The notes beneath the pieces are model-generated. The model saw nothing but the letters and a program-made list of their open reading frames with translations, ran no database searches and was not told the DNA's origin. From an uncultured Gemmatimonadales bacterium (GTDB lineage: Bacteria > Gemmatimonadota > Gemmatimonadetes > Gemmatimonadales > GWC2-71-9), in assembly GCA_963795085.1 (NCBI GenBank), contig CAWCFX010000004.1:480001-544000 (forward strand): a stretch of DNA of 64,000 bases, in the 5' to 3' direction. Below are positions 11,365-22,797 of this stretch, in pieces (position 1 is the stretch's first letter; every line of letters starts with the position of its first letter). A program made the position numbers and the translations under genes.

Positions 11365-13970
11365 CCACGGCGCTTGCCCAGGCGCTGGGCGACCGCTACC
11401 GGCTGGAGCGGAAGGTGGGCGAGGGCGGCATGGCCACGGTCTATCTCGCCCAGGACCTCAGGCACGACCGCCGGGTCGCCATCAAGGTGCTGCGTCCCGA
11501 GCTGGCCGCCGTCATCGGCGCGCAGCGGTTCCTCTCCGAAATCAAGACGACCGCGAACCTGCAGCACCCCCACATCCTGGCGCTGCACGATTCCGGAGAA
11601 GCCAGCGGCACGGTGTTCTATGTCATGCCGTACGTCCAGGGCGAATCGCTGCGCGACCGGCTGTCGCGGGAGCACCAGCTGCCCGTGGATGAGGCCGTCC
11701 GCATCGCGCGGGAAGTCGCCGACGCGCTGGACTACGCCCACCGGCATGGGGTGATCCACCGCGACATCAAACCCGAAAACGTCCTGCTCCACGATGGCCG
11801 GGTGCAGGTGGCGGATTTCGGAATTGCGCTGGCGGTGAGCCGCTCCGACGGCGGCTCCCGGATGACCGAGACCGGCATGAGCCTCGGTACGCCGCACTAC
11901 ATGGCGCCGGAGCAGGCCATGGGCGAGCGCGACATAACGCCCAAGGCCGATATCTATGCGCTCGGCTGCATGACCTACGAGATGCTGTGCGGCGAGCCGC
12001 CGTTCACCGGCCCCACGGCCCAGGCCATCATCGCCCGGATGATGACCGAAGAACCGCGCCCGCTCACCATACAGCGCAAGTCGATTCCGCCCCACGTGGA
12101 AGCCGCGGTCCGCACGGCACTGGAGAAGCTGCCGGCCGACCGGATGTCATCGGCCGCCGAGTTCGGCGCGGCGTTGGTGAATCCGGGGTATGTCACCCGG
12201 TCCGGCACCGGGGCCCGCAATGCCGTGACGATCCATGGCCGCGCCCGCGCCGGCCGGCCCTCCGTGATCGCGGTCGTTGCAGCCGTACTGCTGGGCGTGG
12301 GGGGGCTGATCGCCGGGCGCTGGCTGGGGCAGCCTCATCCCGGCCCGCTTCCCGAAGTCCGGTTCACCCTGGCACTTCCCGACACGGCGCGCTACGTGGA
12401 CACCTTCGGCCGCTCCGTGGCGGTCTCTCCGGACGGTCGTCTCCTGGTGTACACCGGCGGAACCGAGGGCCTGCACCGGCTCTTTGCCCGCCGGCTGGAC
12501 GAGCAGGTGCCGGCCGCGCTCGCCGGGACCGAGGGCGGATACATGCCGTTCTTCTCTCCTGATGGCGAGTGGGTCGGCTTCGTCGCCAACCAGCGGCTGA
12601 TGAAGGTTCGCCTCTCGGGCGGCGTCCCGGTGGTGGTGGCGCAGCTGCTGGGCAACGTCGTCGCGGGAGCGACCTGGGGCATCCACGACGATATTGTCCT
12701 GGAGGATGTCTCGGGGCTGGTCCGGGTCAAGGCGGCCGGCGGCCGGCTCGACATGCTGGTTCCCATCGATTCGCAGAACCTGCTCATCGAATGGCCCAGC
12801 TTCCTGCCCGATGGCGAGGCCATCCTGTGTGCCGTCAGCGGAACCGATACCAGGACGCGAATCGGCGTGATCACCGTGGCCGACGGCAAGGTCTCGGTCT
12901 TCGAGGATATCACGGGGAGCGATCCCCGCTTTGTCGCTCCGGGAACGGTGATGTGGTTGTCGCCCGAGGGCGTGATGCTGGCGGCGGCGTTCGACCCGAA
13001 ACGCCGCACCTTCAGCGGCCCGCCATCGCCGGTCATGGAGAACGTGGTCGAAGACTTCCGGGGCGCCAAGGTCGCCCTGGGACCCGGGATCGCCGTGCGG
13101 GTCGAGGGCACGTCGCAGCGGGCCCAGATGCTCCGCTTCGGGCGGGACGGCACCGGGCGCCGCAACGAGATGCGGGGCGCACAGAACTACACGACGCCGC
13201 GCTTCTCGCCCGATGGCCGCCGGGTCGCGTTCGTGAGCAACTTCCTCGGGGGCGAGCTCTGGGTGGCCGACCGGTCCCGGGGCACCCTGCAGCGCCTGGC
13301 GCTCGCCGGGCAGGCGATCGGGCCTGAATGGTCGCGCGATGGACGGCGCCTCGTGTTCGGATATATGACGCGCGCGAGCTCCAGCTGGGATATTCACGCG
13401 ATGTCCGCCGATGGATCGGGCTCGGCGGAACCGCTCATCCAGACGCCGGAGACCGAGTTCCCGGCTGGCTGGGGCGCGGACGGGAGCCTCGCGTTCTGGC
13501 GATCCACCCTGAACCGCGGGGACATTCTCTACCGCGACAGCGGGGGAACGGAGCATCCCTTTGCCAACTCGCCCGCGGATGAACGATCCCCGGTGCTCTC
13601 GCCCGACGGCCGCTGGCTGGCCTATGTCTCGGATGAGTCGGGCCGGCGCGAGGTGTACGTCCGCCCGTTCCCGGCCGGTCCGGGGCGGTGGCAGGTTTCC
13701 AGCGAGGGCGGCATCGAGCCACGCTGGTCCAGGGGCGGGCGGGAAATCATCTATCGCGACCGCGGCTGGCTCCTCGCGGTCTCGCTGACCCCTGGTCCGG
13801 ACCTGGTGGTCGGGCGGGTCGACTCGCTCTTTCGCGGCGCCTTCGCGATCAGCGGAGTCCGGGCCCAGTATGACGTGAGCGGCGATGGCGCGGAGTTCCT
13901 GATGGTGGGGGTGCCGCCGGAATCGCGTACCCTCAGCGTCACGCTCAATCCGGGGGGCCTGCCGCGATGA
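11361..13970 (+). CDS. Ser/Thr protein kinase, TM, TolB-like propeller (kinase E)
   Basis: Kinase motifs, TM segment, SPDG repeats. Confidence 0.95.
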   Translation: MTTALAQALGDRYRLERKVGEGGMATVYLAQDLRHDRRVAIKVLRPELAAVIGAQRFLSEIKTTANLQHPHILALHDSGEASGTVFYVMPYVQGESLRDRLSREHQLPVDEAVRIAREVADALDYAHRHGVIHRDIKPENVLLHDGRVQVADFGIALAVSRSDGGSRMTETGMSLGTPHYMAPEQAMGERDITPKADIYALGCMTYEMLCGEPPFTGPTAQAIIARMMTEEPRPLTIQRKSIPPHVEAAVRTALEKLPADRMSSAAEFGAALVNPGYVTRSGTGARNAVTIHGRARAGRPSVIAVVAAVLLGVGGLIAGRWLGQPHPGPLPEVRFTLALPDTARYVDTFGRSVAVSPDGRLLVYTGGTEGLHRLFARRLDEQVPAALAGTEGGYMPFFSPDGEWVGFVANQRLMKVRLSGGVPVVVAQLLGNVVAGATWGIHDDIVLEDVSGLVRVKAAGGRLDMLVPIDSQNLLIEWPSFLPDGEAILCAVSGTDTRTRIGVITVADGKVSVFEDITGSDPRFVAPGTVMWLSPEGVMLAAAFDPKRRTFSGPPSPVMENVVEDFRGAKVALGPGIAVRVEGTSQRAQMLRFGRDGTGRRNEMRGAQNYTTPRFSPDGRRVAFVSNFLGGELWVADRSRGTLQRLALAGQAIGPEWSRDGRRLVFGYMTRASSSWDIHAMSADGSGSAEPLIQTPETEFPAGWGADGSLAFWRSTLNRGDILYRDSGGTEHPFANSPADERSPVLSPDGRWLAYVSDESGRREVYVRPFPAGPGRWQVSSEGGIEPRWSRGGREIIYRDRGWLLAVSLTPGPDLVVGRVDSLFRGAFAISGVRAQYDVSGDGAEFLMVGVPPESRTLSVTLNPGGLPR

Positions 13971-14011
13971 CCCGGCGCATCGTGCCCCCGGGCCTCGGAA
14001 CCGGGCGATGA
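13967..14011 (+). other. 14-aa bridging mini-ORF (MTRRIVPPGLGTGR*)
   Basis: ATGA overlaps with both the kinase E stop and the kinase F start. Confidence 0.45.
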
Positions 14012-16269
14012 CGGCGCCCATGGAGGGGCTCGCCGCCGCGCTCGCCGACCGCTACCGGCTGGAGCGGGAGGTGGGCAAGGGCGGCATGGCCACGGTCTAT
14101 CTCGCCCAGGACCTCAAGCATCACCGCCGGGTCGCCATCAAGGTGCTCCATCCTCAGCTGGCCGCGTCGGTCGGGGGCGACCGGTTTCTCGCCGAGATCC
14201 GCACCACGGCAAACCTGCAGCACCCGCATATCCTCCCCCTGTTCGACAGCGGGCGCGTCACCCTGGCAGCGCCTCCCCACGGGGCGGAGGGCGAAATACT
14301 GTACTACGTCATGCCCTTCATCGAGGGCGAATCGCTCCGGGACCGGCTCACCCGGGAGAAACAGCTCCCCCTCGAGGACTCCCTGCAGATCATGCGGGAG
14401 GTTGCCGATGCGCTCGACTACGCCCACCGGGCCGGGGTAGTGCATCGCGACATCAAGCCGGAGAACATCATGCTGAGCGGCGGGCATGCCATCGTCGCCG
14501 ATTTCGGCATCGCCCGCGCCGTCGGCGACGAGCACTCGACCCGGCTGACCCAGACCGGCGCGGTGGTCGGCACCCCCGCCTACCTGAGCCCCGAGCAGGT
14601 CACCGGCGAGCCGCTCGACGGCCGGAGCGACCTCTACAGCCTCGGCTGCGTGCTCTATGAATGCCTGACCGGCGAGATTCCCTTTGCCGGCCCGGCGATG
14701 TCCACCATGGCGCAGCGGGTGGTGGCACCACCCCCATCGGTCAGGGCCAGGCGGACCGAGACGCCGTCCCAGGTCGACCAGCTGGTGGCGCGGGCAATGG
14801 CCACCCAGGCGACCGATCGCTTTTCCACCGGCCGCGAGATGGTCGCCGCACTCGTCGCCCCCCGGCGGGAAAGCCGGCGCGATGGCCGCCAGGCCATGGT
14901 CGTCCTGCCTTTCGCCAACCAGAGCCCCGACCCGGAGAACGAGTACTTCAGCGACGGCCTGACCGAAGAGATCATCAGCGCGCTCTCCGGCATCAAGTCG
15001 CTCTCCGTGATTTCCCGGACATCGGCGATGCAGCTGAAAGGGACCACCAGGGATGTCCGGACCATCGGGCGTGACCTGGGCGTGCAGTACGTGCTCGAAG
15101 GCAGCGTCCGCAAGGCGGGGAACTCGCTCCGGATCACGACCCGGCTGATCGACGCCGCGAGCGATGCGCAACTCTGGGGGGACAAGTACGGCGGGACCAT
15201 GGACGACGTGTTCGAAGTCCAGGAGCGGGTGGCCCGGGAGATCGTCAAGGCGCTCGGCATATCGCTGACCAGCGACGAAGACCAGCGCCTGGCCCGCCGG
15301 GCGATCGAGCATCCCCAGGCGTTCGAGTGGTATCTCCAGGCCCGCGTCGAGTTCCGCCGCTACGGCTCGTCCATCGACCACGGCATGGCGCTGCTCGACC
15401 GGGCCATTGCCATCGAGGGCCAGACTCCACCGCTCCGCGCGCTGGCCGCCTGGGCCCAGGTGTCCCTGGTCCGTTCCGGGCACGCCGCAGGCCGCGGCGG
15501 GCTGGATGAAGCCGAAGCGGTCGCCCGTGCCCTGATCGAGGAAGCTCCCGAGGCTCCCTATGGCCATGCCCTGCTGGGGTTCATTGCCTATGAGCGAAGC
15601 CGGGCAGCGGATGCGGTGCGGCACCTCCTGGCGGCGCTCGAGCGCGAGCCCAACGACGCCGACAACATGTTCTACCTGGTCGTGTCTTACATCGCCGCGG
15701 GGCAGGAGTTCCGGGCCGTAGATGCGGCGGCACGCCTGATGGCGAGCGACCCGCTGTCGCCCCTGGCCTGGATGACGGCCGGGATCGCGCCCTGGTTTAC
15801 CGGGCAGGTCGGAGACGCCTTGGCCAGCCTGGTCCGGGCGGTAGAGCTGGATGAGAAGAACCTCCTGGCCCTCTGGAGCCTGGGCTACGCCTATGCGCTG
15901 GATGGGCAAATGACCGAAAGCGCGAAGGTGGCGGAAACCCTGCGGCTGAAGGACCCCGATTTCACCTATACCCGCCACCTCCTCGCCCTGGTGGCCGCAG
16001 TGGACGGCCGGAGGGACGATGCGCTCCGGCAACTGGACGGGGTGGAGGGTCTCGACGCGCATCATCACCTGCACCTGGCCGAAGCGTTTGCCATGGCCGG
16101 CGAGACCGACCGCGCCCTGTCGCTCCTCGAGGAAGCGGTCCACCAGGGGTTCCATCCTTACAATTTTATTGTCGACTACTGTCCGTTCCTGGCCCCGCTC
16201 CGGGAGACCCCGCGGTTCGCGGTGGTCGCGGCCCTGGCCCGGAAACGCTCCGACGAGTTTCACCCATGA
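14008..16269 (+). CDS. Ser/Thr protein kinase with TolB_N-like domain and TPR repeats (kinase F)
   Basis: Kinase motifs; VLPFANQSPDPENEYFSDGLTEEII; VLEGSVRKAG; helical TPR-like tail. Confidence 0.95.
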   Translation: MTAPMEGLAAALADRYRLEREVGKGGMATVYLAQDLKHHRRVAIKVLHPQLAASVGGDRFLAEIRTTANLQHPHILPLFDSGRVTLAAPPHGAEGEILYYVMPFIEGESLRDRLTREKQLPLEDSLQIMREVADALDYAHRAGVVHRDIKPENIMLSGGHAIVADFGIARAVGDEHSTRLTQTGAVVGTPAYLSPEQVTGEPLDGRSDLYSLGCVLYECLTGEIPFAGPAMSTMAQRVVAPPPSVRARRTETPSQVDQLVARAMATQATDRFSTGREMVAALVAPRRESRRDGRQAMVVLPFANQSPDPENEYFSDGLTEEIISALSGIKSLSVISRTSAMQLKGTTRDVRTIGRDLGVQYVLEGSVRKAGNSLRITTRLIDAASDAQLWGDKYGGTMDDVFEVQERVAREIVKALGISLTSDEDQRLARRAIEHPQAFEWYLQARVEFRRYGSSIDHGMALLDRAIAIEGQTPPLRALAAWAQVSLVRSGHAAGRGGLDEAEAVARALIEEAPEAPYGHALLGFIAYERSRAADAVRHLLAALEREPNDADNMFYLVVSYIAAGQEFRAVDAAARLMASDPLSPLAWMTAGIAPWFTGQVGDALASLVRAVELDEKNLLALWSLGYAYALDGQMTESAKVAETLRLKDPDFTYTRHLLALVAAVDGRRDDALRQLDGVEGLDAHHHLHLAEAFAMAGETDRALSLLEEAVHQGFHPYNFIVDYCPFLAPLRETPRFAVVAALARKRSDEFHP

Positions 16270-18938
16270 GCGGCCCGGCCCCGCGACTCGCTGCGGCTCT
16301 CGCTGACCGCTATCGCCTCGAGCGGGAGCTGGGCCAGGGCGGCATGGCCACCGTGTACCTCGCCGAAGACCTGAAACACCGCCGCTGGGTCGCCATCAAG
16401 GTGCTCCGCCCCGAGCTGGCCGCGGTGATCGGCGCCGAGCGGTTCCTCCGTGAGATCCACACCATCGCCGCGCTCCAGCATCCCCACATCCTCGGCCTGA
16501 TTGACAGCGGAGAAGTGCAGGGGACCGCGTATTACGTCATGCCGTTCGTCGAGGGAGAATCGCTGCGCGACCGGCTGGCCCGGGAAAAGCAGCTGGCCGT
16601 GGGCGAGGCAGTGCGGATCGGGACCGAAGTGGCTGCTGCGCTGGACTATGCCCACCGCCACGGTGTGATCCATCGCGACATCAAGCCGGAGAACATCCTG
16701 CTGCACGATGGCTCGGCGCTGGTCGCCGATTTCGGGATTGCGCTGGCCGTGTCCACCGCCGGCGGCAGCCGGATGACCGAAACCGGCATGTCGCTCGGGA
16801 CCCCCCATTACATGAGCCCGGAGCAGGCGATGGGCGAGCGGGAGATCACCGGCCGCTCCGATGTCTATGCTCTGGGGGTGGTGGTGTACGAGATGCTGGC
16901 GGGGGAGCCGCCGTTCACCGGCCCCACGGCCCAGTCGATCGTCGCCAAGGTGCTCACCGAGGAGCCGCGTTCCCTGGCCGCCCGGCGGCACACCGTGTCA
17001 CTCACCGTAGAATCCGCGGTCATGACCGCGCTGGAGAAGCTTCCCGCCGACCGCTTTGCCAGCCCCGCGCAGTTCGCCGATGCCTTGAATGGACGGACGG
17101 AGCTCTCCGGTACGCACCGGCGGGCCGGTTCGCCGGTGCGCGGACCGGCGGCCGGGAAGCGGCTGGGATTGCTTCTCGCGATCGTCATCGCGGCAATATC
17201 GGTGGGACTGGCCGCGTGGAGTTGGTTCGGGGTAAGCCGCCGGCCGGACCAGCCGTCGCGCCAGTTCGTCTCCATGGGCCGGGACCTCCCGGTTTCGACC
17301 ACGGTGCCATCCCTGGCGCTCTCCCCGGACGGGATGATCCTCGCGTTTGTCACCCAGAATGCCGGCCGGCCGATCTACCTCAAGCACCGGGACCAGCTCG
17401 AGCCCCTTCCCCTAACCGGCACGGAAGGGGGAAACAACCCGGTGTTCTCGCCCGACGGCCAGTGGATCGCTTTCGTGGTCCAGGGCCAGCTCAAGAAGAT
17501 CCGGGTGAGCGGGGGTGCTATCGCCACGATTGCCGACTCCGTGGGCCAGACCCTGGGGTCCTTCGGGGGAGCCACCTGGCTGGACGACAACACGCTGGTC
17601 TATACCACCACGAACCTGCTGGCCCTGAAGCAGGTGAGCGCCGATGGTGGCGAAGCGACTCTGGTGCTCCCCGACACCCTGCTCCAGGGGCGGGGCAGTG
17701 GAAACCCGGTTGCGATGCCCGGATCCCGGGGCGTTCTCTTCAAGAGCTGTATCTCCGGCTGCAACGTGATGGCCATTCATGCGTTGGATCTTGAGACCGG
17801 CGCGGTGAAAGTCCTGGTCAACGATGCCGCCCTGGCCTGGTATCTCGGCGAGGACCGGTTGCTCTACGTGCGAAGGGATGGCGTGGGCCTGGTCGCTCCG
17901 TTCGATCCGGACCGGCTGGAGCTCACCGGCCCGGGTGTGCCGATCCTCGATGGCGTGCTGGTGAACAACGGGTATCCCCACCTGACCTGGTCCCGTTCCG
18001 GGACCCTGGCCTATCTCGCGGGGACGGGGAACGCCGCCGAGACCGAGGTGGTCCGGGTGAATCGGGGCGGGACAGCGACGCCGATCGACTCCACCTGGTA
18101 CGGCGCGTTCAACTCGCTCGCCGTTTCGCCCGACGGCCGCCGGGTGGTGGTAGGCGCGGGGGCCACCGCGGGCGGTCTGAATGTCTGGATCAAGGAACTC
18201 GACCGGGGGCCCTTTACCCGCCTCACCTTCAACGGAGCGGACCGCCGCCCGGCCTGGTCGCCCGATGGCCGCACGGTTGCCTTTCTCCGGGACTCGGCGG
18301 CCCTGGGGTGGGTCGTGGGCCGTGCCAGCGATGGCAGCGGCGCGGATATCACGCTGGGTCTGACCAGCCGGATTCTCCAGGAGGTTGACTGGTCCTCTGA
18401 TGGCCGCTGGATCGTGGCCCGGACCGACAACGGCACGGCGGGAAATGGCGACATCATCGGAATCCGGGTGGGGAAGGACACCGTCGAGGCTCCCCTGGCG
18501 GCCACCCCGTTCACCGAGCTGCACCCGGCGCTCTCTCCCGACAGCCGCTGGCTGGCCTATACCTCTAATGAGTCGGGGTTGAACGAAGTCTATGTACGCC
18601 CATTCCCCAACACTGCCGGCGGCCGGTGGCAGATCTCCCGCGGTGGCGGGGCGCAGCCCCGGTGGTCCCGTGACGGGCGTGAACTGTTTTTCCTGCGGGA
18701 CACCGACCTGATGGCCGCGCGCGTCAGCGCCCGGACGGGCTTTGAGGTGGAAAGCGTGGAGCGTCTGTTCAGCGTGCGGGACTTCCGGCAGGACCAATTT
18801 CACCAGACCTACGACGTGTCGCCCGATGGGCGCTTCCTGTTCATGGTCGGCCGCCGGGCACTGGTTGAGGCGGGTCCGCCCCGGATTGCCTGGGTCGAGG
18901 GCTGGCTCGACGACCTGGACGCCAGGCTCAAGCGGTAA
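16266..18938 (+). CDS. Ser/Thr protein kinase, TM, TolB-like propeller (kinase G)
   Basis: Kinase motifs, TM segment, SPDG repeats; ATGA overlap with kinase F. Confidence 0.95.
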   Translation: MSGPAPRLAAALADRYRLERELGQGGMATVYLAEDLKHRRWVAIKVLRPELAAVIGAERFLREIHTIAALQHPHILGLIDSGEVQGTAYYVMPFVEGESLRDRLAREKQLAVGEAVRIGTEVAAALDYAHRHGVIHRDIKPENILLHDGSALVADFGIALAVSTAGGSRMTETGMSLGTPHYMSPEQAMGEREITGRSDVYALGVVVYEMLAGEPPFTGPTAQSIVAKVLTEEPRSLAARRHTVSLTVESAVMTALEKLPADRFASPAQFADALNGRTELSGTHRRAGSPVRGPAAGKRLGLLLAIVIAAISVGLAAWSWFGVSRRPDQPSRQFVSMGRDLPVSTTVPSLALSPDGMILAFVTQNAGRPIYLKHRDQLEPLPLTGTEGGNNPVFSPDGQWIAFVVQGQLKKIRVSGGAIATIADSVGQTLGSFGGATWLDDNTLVYTTTNLLALKQVSADGGEATLVLPDTLLQGRGSGNPVAMPGSRGVLFKSCISGCNVMAIHALDLETGAVKVLVNDAALAWYLGEDRLLYVRRDGVGLVAPFDPDRLELTGPGVPILDGVLVNNGYPHLTWSRSGTLAYLAGTGNAAETEVVRVNRGGTATPIDSTWYGAFNSLAVSPDGRRVVVGAGATAGGLNVWIKELDRGPFTRLTFNGADRRPAWSPDGRTVAFLRDSAALGWVVGRASDGSGADITLGLTSRILQEVDWSSDGRWIVARTDNGTAGNGDIIGIRVGKDTVEAPLAATPFTELHPALSPDSRWLAYTSNESGLNEVYVRPFPNTAGGRWQISRGGGAQPRWSRDGRELFFLRDTDLMAARVSARTGFEVESVERLFSVRDFRQDQFHQTYDVSPDGRFLFMVGRRALVEAGPPRIAWVEGWLDDLDARLKR

Positions 18939-18970
18939 GCACCCCGTTCATTCGAAACCCCGAGGCTTTC

Positions 18971-19987
18971 ATGAAACCGCACCTCGCCATCCTCTTTGTC
19001 GTCGCCTGTGCCCCGGCGTCCGTCCCCCCCCCGGGGCCGGTGACTCCCACCGCGATCGAACAGTCCAGCGGGACCACCGCCCTGCTCATCGCGATCAGCC
19101 CGGTCAGCAACGATGTGGCCTGGGCCAGCGGCACCCAGGGGACCTGGCTCCGGACCACCGATGGCGGTGCCACCTGGCAAACCGGCCGGGTCGCCGGAGC
19201 CGACACGCTCCAGTTCCGCGATGTCCACGCCGTGGACGTGAACACGGCGTTCCTCCTCTCGATCGGCAACGGCGACCAGTCACGGATCTATTTCACCCGT
19301 GATGGCGGAACGAGCTGGGCCCTCCAGTTCACCAACCCTCTTCCCGAGGCGTTCTACGACTGTTTCGATTTCTGGGACCCGAAGCGGGGGCTCGCGATCG
19401 GCGATGCCGTCAACGGACAAACCATGGTGCTGGAGACCACTGATGGCGGCGAACACTGGAACCTGATTCCTCCCTCCCGGCTGCCGCCCGCGCTCGAGGG
19501 CGAAGGCAGTTTCGCCGCGAGCGGCACCTGTCTCGTTACCCGCCCCGGCGGGCCACGCCTGGATCGCGGCGGGCCTGCCGCTCGCCCGGCTGCTGCATAC
19601 CGCGGATTACGGCCGGACCTGGTCGGTGGACACCATGCCGCTGTCCACCATCGCCTCGGTGAGCTTTCGCGACGACCGCCACGGCATCGTCCTCGGCAGC
19701 GACACGACCGCCGGCAGCGCGGCCACCAGGGACGGCGGCCGGACCTGGACCCGGGGGGGACCCCAACCGCTCGCGTCCGGGATCTACGGCGGCGTGTTTG
19801 TCCCCGGGGCCCGGGTACCCACGGTGGTGGCGGTGGGCCCCGCCGGCCTGGCCTGGTCCCGCGATGACGGAATGTCATGGACGGTCATCAACCGGAACGT
19901 GTATTGGTCGGTGGGCTTCACGTCTCGCCCGGCGTCGGCTGGGCGGTCGGGCGCGGGGGCCGCATAACCCGGCTGGAGGGGTTCTGA
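18971..19987 (+). pseudogene. YCF48/BNR-repeat beta-propeller lipoprotein with two frameshifts (~19552, ~19929); probably assembly errors
   Basis: TTDGGxTW repeats and GEGSFAASGTC. Homologous-looking sequence continues in other frames ([33 protein letters not shown]). Confidence 0.7.
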
Positions 19988-19988
19988 C

Positions 19989-21281
19989 ATGATGCCCATG
20001 CCACCGTGGGGGGTCCGTGTCAGCGTCCTGCTGTGCCTGGCCGCCCCGCGGCTCTGGAGCCAGGACCTTCCATCCGGAAACCCGGAAGTGCTCGGGTTGT
20101 CTTCGGAGCGGCTGGCCCGGATCGGCGGGGTGGTGGCGCAATACACCGATTCCGGGAAGGTGGCCGGGGTTGTGACCATGGTCCTTCGAAACGGCCAGGT
20201 GGTTCACCGTGGGGCCTCTGGCTGGGCGGACCGGGAAGGGAACCGCCGGATGAGCGAAGACGCGCTCTTCCGCATCGCCTCCCAGACCAAGGCGGTCACC
20301 AGCGTCGCGGTCATGATGCTGGTCGAAGAAGGGCGGATCCAGTTGGGCACCCCGGTCAGCGCTTTCCTCCCGGGGTTCGCCAGCAGTACGGTAGCGGTGC
20401 CCACGGATAGCGGCGTCGCCCTCGTGCCTGCTGCCCGCCTGGTCACGGTTCGCGATCTGCTGACGCACACTGCGGGGATTTCGTACGGCACCGACCCAGC
20501 TATCGCGGAGCGCTACCGGGCCGCCGGGCTGGGCCCGGCCGCCGGGTGGGGGTGGTACACCGCCGATAAGGACGAGCCGGTGTGCGTCACCATGGACCGG
20601 CTTGCCACGCTGCCCCAGGCCGCCCAGCCTCGCGCCGGGTTCGTCTATGGCTACGCCACTGATATCCTCGGCTGCGTGGTCGAGCGCGTCTCCGGGATCC
20701 CCCTCGACCAGTACTTTCGGTCCCGCATCTTCGAACCCCTGCAGATGCGTAATACCTGGTTCTTCCCGCCGCCGGAGGCCGCCGGCCGCCTGGCGGTGGT
20801 GTACGCGGTGACCGAAGACGGGCGTCTGGTGCCCGCACCCGAGGGCGCCAGGGGGCAGGGCCACTACCTGGCCGGGCCCCGGCGGAGTTTCTCAGGCGGC
20901 GCCGGCCTGGTCTCCACCGCCGGCGACTACGCCCGCTTTCTCCAGATGCTCCTGAACGGAGGAGAGCTTGCCGGCCAGCGGCTGCTCAGTCCGGCGAGCG
21001 TCGCGCTGATGACGCGCGACCACCTGGACTCGCTCTATTCCGCAGCCGGCCGGGGATTCGGACTGGGTTTCGAGGTCATCGAGGATCCCGGGCTCGCTGG
21101 CGAGTACGGATCGGTGGGCCGCTATGGGTGGGGTGGGGCGTACGGGACAAACTACTGGGTGGACCCGGCGGAAAAGCTGGTGGCCGTCTACATGGTGCAG
21201 TTGCTGCCCCAGCGCGGGATGGACCTCGCCGGCCGGTTCCGGACCCTGGTATACCAGGCGATCGTGAAGCCGGCCCCGTGA
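19989..21281 (+). CDS. Serine hydrolase (beta-lactamase class C / esterase family)
   Basis: FRIASQTK (SxxK), LLTHTAG, FVYGY, WGGAYGT. Confidence 0.92.
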   Translation: MMPMPPWGVRVSVLLCLAAPRLWSQDLPSGNPEVLGLSSERLARIGGVVAQYTDSGKVAGVVTMVLRNGQVVHRGASGWADREGNRRMSEDALFRIASQTKAVTSVAVMMLVEEGRIQLGTPVSAFLPGFASSTVAVPTDSGVALVPAARLVTVRDLLTHTAGISYGTDPAIAERYRAAGLGPAAGWGWYTADKDEPVCVTMDRLATLPQAAQPRAGFVYGYATDILGCVVERVSGIPLDQYFRSRIFEPLQMRNTWFFPPPEAAGRLAVVYAVTEDGRLVPAPEGARGQGHYLAGPRRSFSGGAGLVSTAGDYARFLQMLLNGGELAGQRLLSPASVALMTRDHLDSLYSAAGRGFGLGFEVIEDPGLAGEYGSVGRYGWGGAYGTNYWVDPAEKLVAVYMVQLLPQRGMDLAGRFRTLVYQAIVKPAP

Positions 21282-21299
21282 CCCGAGGCAGCGCGAGAC

Positions 21300-22391
21300 T
21301 CAGTTTTGATCTTCGACCAGGCTTCGATAACTGACCCCTGGATTGCTCACCATCTCAAGGAAACGCTCCACCGTCTGCAGGTGCTGGGAGCTGAAGTGCC
21401 CCGGCTGGGCCGTGGCACCCCCGAAGCCGCGGTCGAACCAGCTGCGAATCAGCACGGCGCCGGGCTGCGGGGGCAGTTGCCGGACGCTCTCCACGTAGGT
21501 ATCGAAACTCCCGTTCCGGAGCAGGTAGAACTCTACGTTGGACACGTAGAACGCTGAGACCGTCTGGCCGGTGGCCCGGAGGTAGCCGCCGATCGCACGC
21601 ATCGCGCCGGTTCCTCCCAGGTCGCCCACCACGGGGATGACACGGTTGCGCCGCTGGAGGTCGCGGACCGTCCGCCACCGTTCCTCCGAGGCGAGATAAC
21701 TGCGCCGCCGGCCTTCGCGGTCGGTTTCCAGGTAGAGTCGGCGGACCGTGGGGTACTCCCGTGTCGGGGGCCGGCCCAGGGTGGAAAAGGTCAGGGCCAG
21801 CCCCTTCACCGCGAACTCATCGTGAAACCGGCGAATCGTTGCCAGGTCGGCCGCGGAAAGGGCGAGGCCAAGACCGAGGATTCGGCGAACCAGGGCCTCG
21901 TGGACCATCCGGTGGCCGGCGGAGTCGAAGGGCAGGCGATCAAGGCTATCCAGCAGGGCGGACAGATCCTGGCGCGACCAGTCGCCGCCGGCCCGCTCCC
22001 GCCCGTAGAGCTGGGCCAGGAAATCCATGCGGTTCTCCGCACTCTCGAAGAGGGCCTTGAAGAGCAGGTGGAGCAGCAGGTTGTCCCGCCGGACGTCGAT
22101 CAGCAGGGCCAGGTCGGGGCGTACTTCCGCGATATAGCTGAAGTTCTGTTCCGGGCCGACGCCCAGGTACACGCCGCCCCGGACCCGGCGGCGCTCGAGA
22201 TCTCCCATGACATGCAGGTAGGCGGTCTCATTGGAGACCAGGTTGTCGGTGTCGAAGTATCCCTCCGGCTCGGAGAGGGTATCCACCAGCCTGGCGAACT
22301 CGAGCGCCGGGGCGGGAGCCGAGCGCTGAGGCGTGCAGCCGGCCAGTACCAGGGCGAGAAAGAGGAGATGTCGCTGGTTCACCAATCGCAT
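21300..22391 (-). CDS. Hypothetical lipoprotein
   Basis: Lipobox LAGC; long ORF with natural composition. Confidence 0.8.
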   Translation of the reverse strand: MRLVNQRHLLFLALVLAGCTPQRSAPAPALEFARLVDTLSEPEGYFDTDNLVSNETAYLHVMGDLERRRVRGGVYLGVGPEQNFSYIAEVRPDLALLIDVRRDNLLLHLLFKALFESAENRMDFLAQLYGRERAGGDWSRQDLSALLDSLDRLPFDSAGHRMVHEALVRRILGLGLALSAADLATIRRFHDEFAVKGLALTFSTLGRPPTREYPTVRRLYLETDREGRRRSYLASEERWRTVRDLQRRNRVIPVVGDLGGTGAMRAIGGYLRATGQTVSAFYVSNVEFYLLRNGSFDTYVESVRQLPPQPGAVLIRSWFDRGFGGATAQPGHFSSQHLQTVERFLEMVSNPGVSYRSLVEDQN

Positions 22392-22489
22392 GCTGAGCCC
22401 TGCCGGTTCCGGGTTGCCTTCGCGATCCTCTAATCAAACACGACCGCGGGCAGGCGTCGATGTCCCGGCAGGGCCGCGCCAGCCGGTAC

Positions 22490-22524
22490 TTGACATATTT
22501 AGACACTTGTCTCAATATCTAATC
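22490..22524 (+). promoter_or_regulatory. Sigma70 promoter (TTGACA-17-CAATAT) overlapped by an ArsR-type operator ATATTTAGAC-actt-GTCTCAATAT
   Basis: AT-rich island with a 10-4-10 inverted repeat (1 mismatch), immediately upstream of the ArsR ATG. Confidence 0.75.
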
Positions 22525-22797
22525 ATGAATGATAGCGTATTCCGGGCCCTTTCCGATCCCACCCGGCGCAAGATCCTGGAGCTGCTCGCCAGAGGCGACC
22601 GCTCAGCCGGCGAGATCGCCGAGAAGTTCCCGGTGAGCTTTGCGTCGGTCTCCCATCACCTGGGGGTCCTTCGCTCGGCCGGGTTGGTCGCTACCGAGCG
22701 GCAGGGGCAGAGCATCGTCTATCGCCTCGACACCACCGTGTACCAGGAACTGATGCGCTCGCTCCTCAAGATGTTCGGAAAGGACCAGCATGCGTAA
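22525..22797 (+). CDS. sdpR: ArsR/SdpR-family transcriptional repressor
   Basis: VFRALSDPTRRKIL, SVSHHLGVLRSAGLV, YRLDTTV; adjacent to an SdpI-like gene. Confidence 0.85.
   Translation: MNDSVFRALSDPTRRKILELLARGDRSAGEIAEKFPVSFASVSHHLGVLRSAGLVATERQGQSIVYRLDTTVYQELMRSLLKMFGKDQHA

Noticed and set aside
12147..16263. Long antisense ORFs (624 and 772 aa; similarly 49972-51852 and 56108-58879)
   Set aside because: Shadow ORFs of GC-rich genes with no recognisable motifs.
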